A stretch of 64,000 nucleotides of DNA from a virus. The notes under the pieces were generated by a model that was not told the DNA's origin, did no database searches, and saw only the letters and a list, made by a program, of their open reading frames with translations. Both the position numbers and the translations under genes were made by a program. Location: positions 32,001 through 96,000 of IMG/VR virus record IMGVR_UViG_3300021964_000022. The stretch is one strand, 5' to 3'. Shown here piece after piece: positions 38,916 to 46,546 of the stretch (the stretch's first letter is position 1; each line of letters starts with the position of its first letter).

Positions 38916-40715
38916 TTAATTTCTCACACTAATTAATTTTTTATACTCAGGTAAGTATAGGTACTCTATATCACTATCATATAATGTTCTTATCGCATCG
39001 TCAAGTGTTTCTACTAATGGTTCGCCGCCTAAGTTAAAACTTGTATTAAACAAAATAGGTAATCCTGTTTCATTATAAAAATCTTTTATTAAATTATAAT
39101 AATTTTTATTTTGTTCTTCTTTTACTGTTTGTATACGACATGTACCGTCAACGTGTATGATACTAGGAATCTTTTCAGCAATACCAGGTTGACAATTCAT
39201 TGCATACATCATGTGCGGTGTTTCTTCTAATCCACGCATATCAAACCATTCGTGTGCATGTTCGTGTAGTATACTACCAGCAAACGGACGGAAATATTCT
39301 CTACGCTTAACTTTGTTAACATGATCTTTACCATCTTCGTATGATGGGTCAAACAATAAACTACGATTACCTAATGCTCTCGGTCCTGATTCCGAACGTC
39401 CTTGGAACATTGCTACAATATTTTTATTTGTTAATAATTCTATAACATCTTTATTTTCTGCGTCTTTTATTTCTGCATCATATTTTTCTACTACTGATGT
39501 TATTTCCTTATCAGTATAAGAGTACGCAGGGCCTAAATATAAACTATCTGCATATGTACGCTGTTTATCATCTTGCATCATATGATGATAATGTAACATT
39601 GCCGCACCAATACATGTTCCAGCATCGCTTGAAATTGGTTCAACATACAATTTAATACCATGTTCGTTAAGTGTTTCTAAGAAGAAATAGTTTGCTACAC
39701 AGTTTAGTCCATAGCCGCCGCTGAGTACAACGTTTTTATTCCCGGTCATTTCAACTGCATTTAATATAAGTTCTAGTACACGCTGTTGTGATTCTGTTTG
39801 TACTGCATACGCCATATCTCTACGACTTTGTAATGTTGTTAAATCTTCACCATTTTCATAAACTGATTGTTCAGTTTTTAAGGCTTCATATCTGTTTTCA
39901 TTTACAACAGCACCGTTTGGATAAGTTGGAATAATTAAATTTCTATTTGCAGACACCCATTCATTACCGCCATCATCTGTATATACTGGAGGTATACCAT
40001 CGTTTGGTTTGCCGTATGGTGATAGACCCATAGTTTTACCTGCTTCAATTGGTTGCCAGCCGCAGTATTGTGTTACTGCTTCATATGCTTTTACAATTCC
40101 TGCTGTATCGTCAAGTACTAATTCGTGTGTTCCACTTTCGCCTTCACGCTCACTAGGTATATTCATCTTAGCACCCATATAAGGTCCACGACCGCCTTGG
40201 TGCTTCCATATTGTTTTAATATTTGCAGGGTATTCACAATTAAATATTGTTTCTAACTCCCATGTCATTTCAGAGGTATTACCAAAATTCATAGGAATGT
40301 ATGTGCCTGCTCCGTCTACAATAACTGCTGTTGCACTTTTAAATCCTGAGCGATAAAATGCACACGCCGCATGTAGTTTATGGTGTACAAATGCATAATC
40401 TAATACTTGAGGGTGTTCAGTACCTTCGTACTTCCTATCAATTAATCCTAATTTACGAGCAAGTCCAGTGTATATATCGTCACCGCTAAAATCAATTTTA
40501 CCTGCTGTCTCACCTAATGGTTGTGTATGTGCAATTATTAAGTAATCAATTTTATCTGTATAGTCGAGTATTTTAACCATACCTGCTAAAGGTCCGCCAT
40601 CATACTTTTGTCTACTTAATCGTTCTTCTTCTAAACTAAAAATAACTTCACCGTCTTTTAATAGACAAACTGCTCCGTTATGACCTCGTGTTATACCTGC
40701 TATCCATTGTGCCAT
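38916..40715 (-). CDS. Carbamoyltransferase (NodU/CmcH/TobZ family)
   Basis: EEERLSRQK, HH..HA, VDG.G, GKTMGL.PYG, GG..LNCVAN, GRSESGPRALGNRS, RE.FRPFA, HVDGT.R.QTV and NTSFN..GEP. Confidence 0.95.
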   Translation of the reverse strand: MAQWIAGITRGHNGAVCLLKDGEVIFSLEEERLSRQKYDGGPLAGMVKILDYTDKIDYLIIAHTQPLGETAGKIDFSGDDIYTGLARKLGLIDRKYEGTEHPQVLDYAFVHHKLHAACAFYRSGFKSATAVIVDGAGTYIPMNFGNTSEMTWELETIFNCEYPANIKTIWKHQGGRGPYMGAKMNIPSEREGESGTHELVLDDTAGIVKAYEAVTQYCGWQPIEAGKTMGLSPYGKPNDGIPPVYTDDGGNEWVSANRNLIIPTYPNGAVVNENRYEALKTEQSVYENGEDLTTLQSRRDMAYAVQTESQQRVLELILNAVEMTGNKNVVLSGGYGLNCVANYFFLETLNEHGIKLYVEPISSDAGTCIGAAMLHYHHMMQDDKQRTYADSLYLGPAYSYTDKEITSVVEKYDAEIKDAENKDVIELLTNKNIVAMFQGRSESGPRALGNRSLLFDPSYEDGKDHVNKVKRREYFRPFAGSILHEHAHEWFDMRGLEETPHMMYAMNCQPGIAEKIPSIIHVDGTCRIQTVKEEQNKNYYNLIKDFYNETGLPILFNTSFNLGGEPLVETLDDAIRTLYDSDIEYLYLPEYKKLISVRN

Positions 40716-40716
40716 C

Positions 40717-41256
40717 TTAAAACTCTCCTACGTCAAATGTAAAGTCACTTACAAAGACTTTTCGTTGTTGTTGTGTAGGATATGTGCCATGCCATACTCT
40801 ACCATCTAGTATTATTAACTTACCTGCTTCAGGCTTCCATTCTTCATAACTCATTCTATTATCATTATTCAATGTAGCATACAAATATCCTGCATGTGGG
40901 TATTTTTCTTCTTCTATGTAATCATTTAAAAATAACACACAAGTAAATTGCCTACCCGGTGTATGTGAATGCATACCAGCATAACTATGTTTTGGATAAT
41001 CTATCCACCAACTTTTACTATGCTGTATATTTTTATATGGTAAATTTTTAACATGTTTTTTTATATGTTCTTGATAATCATTACTAATTATAGCAGGAAA
41101 TTCCCAATTATGCAAGTGAAAAATTGTACTATCACCACTATCTCTATGACTTTCTGCTTCTATATCAAATAGTTGCATAAAGTCGTTATAATTGTCGTAC
41201 TTACTTTCTATGTAATACGTAGGCAACAAACTATGAGCGTAAGTATCAAAGTCCAT
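40717..41256 (-). CDS. 2OG-Fe(II) oxygenase-like protein
   Basis: W...YP..SYAGMHSH, VLFL, G.LII.DG...HG.YP and R.VFV. Confidence 0.7.
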   Translation of the reverse strand: MDFDTYAHSLLPTYYIESKYDNYNDFMQLFDIEAESHRDSGDSTIFHLHNWEFPAIISNDYQEHIKKHVKNLPYKNIQHSKSWWIDYPKHSYAGMHSHTPGRQFTCVLFLNDYIEEEKYPHAGYLYATLNNDNRMSYEEWKPEAGKLIILDGRVWHGTYPTQQQRKVFVSDFTFDVGEF

Positions 41257-42314
41257 TAACTTCCTGTTCTATTTAAAATTTGTGCTGGTTGTTGTTGTTG
41301 ACTGTGGTCATGATTAGGATTGTCACAACTTTGTGATTGAGGTGCCATCGGAATAAATGTTCCGGTAAATTTTTCACTTTTTCCTAATGCTTTTTTACAA
41401 CTATTAACTACCTTAGAAATATTATCTTTTCCTAATTCCATTACTTCGTCATTTACACGATCTTGCCAATCTTCCATTGTTGTTCTAATGGGACTATATG
41501 TTCTTTTACCTTCGCCAACATCAATAATATCAAATGTATTATCATTAGGATAAGATATGTTGATTGGAAAAGTACTTCCAGTAACAATAGTTGCTGATTT
41601 ACCTAGTGCCTTTGCTAGGTGTTGTCCTAAACTATCACAACCTAAAAAGTGATCTGCAATTTCAATTATACTTGCCCAAGTTCTTGTATCTGGAATCTGT
41701 GGCATAGCTACTGGAGTTTTATTACTGTCATTATCATCTAATGCTACAGGAAATTCACTCATTAATATAACAGCATATTCTTTTTTAAGTTGATTAATTA
41801 TTTCAATAACGTCATTTAGATGAAAGCTTCTACTAGTTGGATCAATTATAAAATCGCCCATGTTTTGTGTACTTCTTCCAAAAGGTTGAAATACCAATAC
41901 TTTATCTAATTTAGTTTTGGCTTTAATTTCTTGTACAATGTTAAATCCATTGACTATTTCTTGTTTATTAAGAATTACTTTAGGATCGCCCATATCTCTT
42001 AAACCTTTGTTATTAATAATAATATCAAATGCTTGTGCAATACTTGCTTGTTGGTTGTAATACTCCCAAACCCTATACGGTTCTGGACTTACACAATCTC
42101 TATGTTTAATATAATCTTCGAATAGATTCTTATGCCAAACGTCATATGCACGTTTATGTAATGTAGGATGTCCTTTATAAAAGTCCATACCACCTTCGCA
42201 TACAATGATAAAATCGTTATCTGGGTTTTCTTCTTCGAATTTTTCAAACGCAGGTATTGATGTGATTACCCGGCCTGCGCCACCATTGATAAAAAATGCT
42301 GTTGATCTAGACAA
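41256..42314 (-). CDS. GT-B glycosyltransferase, GT9 (ADP-heptose heptosyltransferase)-like
   Basis: N-terminal GGAGRVI..IPA (compare GT9 xIGD), R.WASII..ADHFLGCDS..QHLA.ALG....IV.GST (GT9 DSG..HLA.A motif). TTG start with AGGAGG RBS. Confidence 0.65.
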   Translation of the reverse strand: MSRSTAFFINGGAGRVITSIPAFEKFEEENPDNDFIIVCEGGMDFYKGHPTLHKRAYDVWHKNLFEDYIKHRDCVSPEPYRVWEYYNQQASIAQAFDIIINNKGLRDMGDPKVILNKQEIVNGFNIVQEIKAKTKLDKVLVFQPFGRSTQNMGDFIIDPTSRSFHLNDVIEIINQLKKEYAVILMSEFPVALDDNDSNKTPVAMPQIPDTRTWASIIEIADHFLGCDSLGQHLAKALGKSATIVTGSTFPINISYPNDNTFDIIDVGEGKRTYSPIRTTMEDWQDRVNDEVMELGKDNISKVVNSCKKALGKSEKFTGTFIPMAPQSQSCDNPNHDHSQQQQPAQILNRTGS

Positions 42315-42317
42315 AAA

Positions 42318-42360
42318 ACGTCCTCCTATAATATTGTTAAAATATTTATAGTGAGGACGT
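42318..42360 (-). promoter_or_regulatory. RBS-sequestering hairpin containing a TATAAATA late promoter
   Basis: ACGTCCTC (42318-42325) pairs with GAGGACGT (42353-42360), extended inward by CTATA/TATAG and ATATT/AATAT. The AGGAGG RBS is in the 3' arm and TATAAATA (42343-42350) is in the 5' arm. Confidence 0.75.
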
Positions 42361-42391
42361 CTTTAAAATGATAAAAGCGAAATAGGTTTAA

Positions 42392-43117
42392 TTAGTCTTG
42401 ATTGTTTAGTTCAGCATCATCAACCATGTCGTCACCTTTTGGAGCACTTAATGGTGGACGTGGCATCATTTGTATTGCTAAACCTGCATCATGTTCAGCT
42501 AATGCTGTTGGTGCGTCTCTTAATAACTGTCTATAATCAAGCCATTTTTGACGAATTGAATCTGGCATTCCGTCGTCGATAACACCGTCTGCATCTTCGA
42601 GCATTCTATTTCTTAATTTTCTAAATTCATCCCAACTAAAGCTATCTGGTACACCATGTGTATCATGATTCTTTACTGGAATGTTAAACTCACCTGTGTC
42701 AAAATCGTAAGTAATGTTAAACTCATCGTAAATATCACGTGGTTCAAAATCTTGATCTCTTAATGTTTGTACGTTTTCATAACCGTCTGGACTAGTTGCA
42801 AAATCTTGCCATTCGCGTGTTTCGCGTAATTGCAGTGCAGAATGTTTTCCTGCATCATTTGCTATTTCACATAACAGCGGATTTGTTTTACAATCTACAG
42901 TGACTCTAGTTACGTCTAACGCACACGGTCTCTCTAGATCTTCATCTAACCATAAACACCACCCAGTTTCTTTTCCTGATGTGTTATCTATTTCAAATGT
43001 TAAAAATTCTGGACCTTCATATGTCCAAGTTCCTGTCTTACCCGCGGTAAACTGATCTGAGATCCATGCATCCGGAATAGGGTATGTAAACTCTTGTTCT
43101 ATATAATTTACTGGCAT
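42392..43117 (-). CDS. Tail fibre assembly chaperone-like protein
   Basis: C-terminal W..FR..RN..L...D......P......W..YRQ.LRD.P; directly downstream of the Cys-rich fibre genes. GATAAATA at 43141-43148. Confidence 0.75.
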   Translation of the reverse strand: MPVNYIEQEFTYPIPDAWISDQFTAGKTGTWTYEGPEFLTFEIDNTSGKETGWCLWLDEDLERPCALDVTRVTVDCKTNPLLCEIANDAGKHSALQLRETREWQDFATSPDGYENVQTLRDQDFEPRDIYDEFNITYDFDTGEFNIPVKNHDTHGVPDSFSWDEFRKLRNRMLEDADGVIDDGMPDSIRQKWLDYRQLLRDAPTALAEHDAGLAIQMMPRPPLSAPKGDDMVDDAELNNQD

Positions 43118-43152
43118 TTTATTTCATTGCTCCTTATTCGTATTTATCATTA

Positions 43153-43989
43153 TTACATAAATGTAATTCTTACTACACCAGATCCAGCCTGGCCTCCACC
43201 CGCACAACATTTGTGTGCATTGTCGTAATAGCTGTTTTCACCTGACTGTCCGCCACCTGCGGGCCAGTTAACATAACAACCACATACACACCAAGTCTCA
43301 GATGCAGAGTTGAACGAACGTTTACCAATTATTGGTGCCGCTCCAGTCCATTGTCCACGTCTTCTACAGTGGTGATATCCGTTACCAAAACGCATACCTG
43401 AATCACCCATCATGCCCATATCTGCACCCCAGAATCCGCAAATATTACAGTTTGCACAACCCCATGATCTATCATATACGCCCCATGCATCTGAGTTACA
43501 GTTCCACCCACCACATGCTCCTGTTACACAGAAGTTTGATAAGTTGTATCCATTTACATATGAACGACATCCTATACCGCCAGTACAAGTGTGTGATTTT
43601 TCACACGGCCATGCACCGCCTGCACATACTGTATATGTACAACCTGGTTGAGTCGATACTGTTTTTATAGCATAGTTTCCGCCTTGTCCTGATATTGTAT
43701 ACATACAACAGTTAGCACAAGTACCGCCAGCGCCACCGCCGCCGCCGCTCCAAATTTCAAATGTTACTGTTCCAGTATTTGCTGGTACAGTCCAGTTACA
43801 ACACATTCCGTTAGTTTGTCCACAACAATCACCTGCCATAGCACATTGGTGACATTCTAAACCTCTTTGGTTATAGATCCATTGTACACCTAAATTGTGT
43901 CCTGCTCCCGGCTCTAGCTGTGTTGCTGTTATCGATCCGTTGTCGATACTATCAACATCAACTTTTTTATAACTTGCATATGTTGCCAT
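43153..43989 (-). CDS. Cys/Gly-rich fibre-tip/adhesin-like protein, paralog 3
   Basis: WTVP....VTFEIWSGGGGG...GGNY...YT.CAGG...GSGVVRIT glycine-rich domain; 26 Cys by hand count. Confidence 0.7.
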   Translation of the reverse strand: MATYASYKKVDVDSIDNGSITATQLEPGAGHNLGVQWIYNQRGLECHQCAMAGDCCGQTNGMCCNWTVPANTGTVTFEIWSGGGGGAGGTCANCCMYTISGQGGNYAIKTVSTQPGCTYTVCAGGAWPCEKSHTCTGGIGCRSYVNGYNLSNFCVTGACGGWNCNSDAWGVYDRSWGCANCNICGFWGADMGMMGDSGMRFGNGYHHCRRRGQWTGAAPIIGKRSFNSASETWCVCGCYVNWPAGGGQSGENSYYDNAHKCCAGGGQAGSGVVRITFM

Positions 43990-44004
43990 AATATTTCCTC
44001 TTTC

Positions 44005-44850
44005 TTAAGCAAACGTAATTTTTACGATGCCCGATCCGCCTTGTCCTTGTCCACCACCACAACACTTTTCAGCGTTGTCACAGTAGCTTGATAATCCTGT
44101 ACTTGATCCACCTGCAGGCCAGTTAACATAGTAACCGCAACCACACCAGGCTTCTGTTAAACTCATTTGGTGTACCATTCCGCCTAACATAGGCGCTCCA
44201 CCTGTTGAAGTATGGTCTGCACCTTGACAATGACAACCTGAGTGTCCTAGTCTGTTTCCAACAAATCCCATAATTCCAAAATCAGCTCCAAACATACCAC
44301 AAATGTTACAGTTAGCACAGCCATATGATTTATCATATGTACCCCATGCATCACCGTTACACATCCAGCCTCCACAGCCGCCAGTAACACAAAAATTACT
44401 TAGGTTATGTCCGTTAATGTAAGATCTACACCCCATGCCCGCTGAACATGTATGTGATTTATTGCAAGGCCAACTGCCTCCTGCACATACAGTGTACTGA
44501 CATCCTGGAGTTGTACTAATACTTTTCATAGCGTAGTTACCACCGGCACCACCACCTGAGAAACTACAACAGTTACAACATGTTTGTCCTGCGCCGCCTC
44601 CGCCGCCTGACCAAATTTCAAAAACTAATTTACTTACGTTGCTTGGTACTGTCCATAAACAACAACGTCCACATGACTGAGCACAACAACTACCGTTAGC
44701 CGCACATGCTTGACATGCTAGACCTCTATCTGCATAAATGTATTTAATACATGCTTGGTTACCAGCGCCTGGCTGTAACTTAGCACCTGAGATAGAGTTA
44801 TCATCAAATTGTGCTGTTGTTACTTTCTTATAACTTGCGTACGATGCCAT
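44005..44850 (-). CDS. Cys/Gly-rich fibre-tip/adhesin-like protein, paralog 2
   Basis: Same scaffold; 30 Cys by hand count. Confidence 0.7.
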   Translation of the reverse strand: MASYASYKKVTTAQFDDNSISGAKLQPGAGNQACIKYIYADRGLACQACAANGSCCAQSCGRCCLWTVPSNVSKLVFEIWSGGGGGAGQTCCNCCSFSGGGAGGNYAMKSISTTPGCQYTVCAGGSWPCNKSHTCSAGMGCRSYINGHNLSNFCVTGGCGGWMCNGDAWGTYDKSYGCANCNICGMFGADFGIMGFVGNRLGHSGCHCQGADHTSTGGAPMLGGMVHQMSLTEAWCGCGYYVNWPAGGSSTGLSSYCDNAEKCCGGGQGQGGSGIVKITFA

Positions 44851-44866
44851 TAATTATTCCCCTATC

Positions 44867-45703
44867 CTAAACAAACGTTATCTTTACTATACCAGAACCA
44901 CCTTGGCCTGATCCACCTGCACAGCATTTTTCAGCAGTTTCACAATAAGGTGAAACGCCTGACTGTCCGCCGCCAGCTGGCCAATTAACATAACAACCAC
45001 ATGCACACCATGCTTCAGAAGTTGATACAGCTTGCATTTTACCTATCAATGGCGCCTGACCAGTAAAACTTGTTTGTCCATGACAACGACATGCTGAACC
45101 ACCTGTTCTAAATCCTGTTGTACCCATAATTGTGAAATCTGTTCCGAAACCTCCGCAAATGTTACAGTTTGCACATGTACCTTGATGTCTTGGTCCCCAA
45201 GCATCACCGTTACACATCCAACCACCGCAACCACCTGTTACGCAGAAGTTTGATAGATTATGTCCATTTACATATGAACGACATCCCATACCTGCACTAC
45301 AAGTATGTGCTTTTTCGCATCTCCACGATCCTCCTGCACATATAGTATATGTACAACCAGGTTGTGTTTCAATAGTTTTAGTTGTATAGTTACCACCTGC
45401 TCCGCCAGCACTAAAAGAACAACAGTTACAGCAAGTATGGCCTGCTCCGCCACCTCCGCCACTCCATAATTCAAATGTTACTTTGCCAACGTTTGCTGGT
45501 ACTGTCCAGTTACAACACTTACCATTAGCTTGTTCACAACAGTTACCATTGTTGGCACAGTTATGACATAGTCTACCACGTTCGTTGTAAATCCATTGAA
45601 CACCGTATGCATTTCCAGCACCGGCCTGTAATTTAGCGCCTGTGATAGCGCCTGCCGAAATACTTTCTGCTTTTACTTTTTTATAACTTGCATAAGATGC
45701 CAT
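44867..45703 (-). CDS. Cys/Gly-rich fibre-tip/adhesin-like protein, paralog 1
   Basis: Same scaffold; 29 Cys by hand count. Confidence 0.7.
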   Translation of the reverse strand: MASYASYKKVKAESISAGAITGAKLQAGAGNAYGVQWIYNERGRLCHNCANNGNCCEQANGKCCNWTVPANVGKVTFELWSGGGGGAGHTCCNCCSFSAGGAGGNYTTKTIETQPGCTYTICAGGSWRCEKAHTCSAGMGCRSYVNGHNLSNFCVTGGCGGWMCNGDAWGPRHQGTCANCNICGGFGTDFTIMGTTGFRTGGSACRCHGQTSFTGQAPLIGKMQAVSTSEAWCACGCYVNWPAGGGQSGVSPYCETAEKCCAGGSGQGGSGIVKITFV

Positions 45704-45726
45704 TTACTAATTTCCTCTATATAATA

Positions 45727-46182
45727 TTATACAGACAATAGTCTCCAGCCCTGACTTGATCCACTATATACCATATCGAAGGAAGCACCTTCGGAATCAA
45801 TAGTCATGTCTGAACTATCACCCATTATCTTCTCACCGTTACGTCCAATTGTACATGCATTTGAATCAAAGGTTCTTGCTACATCAAATATTCTAATTGT
45901 GTCGCCTAACGCTGGACTTGATGGCAATGTAATTGTACGTCCGCCACTTGTTGTATCTAAAAAGATTGCTTGTCCTGCTGATGCAGTAGTATTTGAACTT
46001 GTGCTTACAGTTTGGAAAGTACCTACAGGTAACCATGCTGTTCCGTTGTAAAATTCAAGAAAATTTCTGTCAGTGTTGAATCTTAAAAATCCAGCACCTG
46101 CGGTATCTGGTCTTTGGGCAGTGCTACCATAAGCAATAGTATTACCTCCTGGTGCCGCTCCAATTGATATTCTTCTTCCCAT
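45727..46182 (-). CDS. Small tail fibre-associated protein
   Basis: G.TAQRP....G.LRFNT....EFYNG..W module plus DT..G..TITLP.SP..GD.I...D...F......RNG..IMG, similar to gp34-type fibre repeats. Confidence 0.7.
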   Translation of the reverse strand: MGRRISIGAAPGGNTIAYGSTAQRPDTAGAGFLRFNTDRNFLEFYNGTAWLPVGTFQTVSTSSNTTASAGQAIFLDTTSGGRTITLPSSPALGDTIRIFDVARTFDSNACTIGRNGEKIMGDSSDMTIDSEGASFDMVYSGSSQGWRLLSV

Positions 46183-46193
46183 AATACTATCCT

Positions 46194-46517
46194 TTACGCC
46201 GGTAATGTAGTTTCGATACCATATGCAACTGCCGAAACACTTGCTTGACTCGATCTACAAATTAATATTTGGTTTTCACCAATAACCAAACCAGTTCTTT
46301 CTAAGACCCCGTTTGGTGCTAGTGATACATCAAATTCAATATATTCACTATTTGCTGGTGTTCCAGAAGCTCCAATAGCAATTCTAATGCTTGCTGTGTT
46401 TGAGCCTCTATTACATATGTTTATTGATGCTACAGTATACGATCCACCTGGTACAGTATAAACTGAGGTGTTAGTATTAGCTGATAGATCATTTTTTCCT
46501 AGTACGCCATTTGCCAT
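46194..46517 (-). CDS. Small virion protein (distant paralog of 57125-57454)
   Basis: T.VYTVP......A.I.I.N pattern; GATAAATA at 46537-46544 and a GGAG RBS. Confidence 0.65.
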   Translation of the reverse strand: MANGVLGKNDLSANTNTSVYTVPGGSYTVASINICNRGSNTASIRIAIGASGTPANSEYIEFDVSLAPNGVLERTGLVIGENQILICRSSQASVSAVAYGIETTLPA

Positions 46518-46546
46518 TTTATTTTATCTCCATTTGTATTTATCAG

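Noticed and set aside
33152-42314. Enzyme island as a DNA base-hypermodification cluster
   Set aside because: No thymidylate synthase/hydroxymethylase, aGPT-Pplase or queuosine-pathway genes are visible nearby, and the unit is under a late promoter among tail genes. It is disfavoured but not excluded.
43118-43136. Minigene ATG-AAA-TAA right after the AAGGAG RBS upstream of the chaperone gene
   Set aside because: The SD-to-ATG spacing of 2 nt is too short, and such triplets arise easily in AT-rich DNA.
43153-45703. Diversity-generating retroelement (TR/VR) explanation for the three similar genes
   Set aside because: All three are full-length ORFs, the differences I compared are not adenine-specific, and no reverse transcriptase is present in the window.
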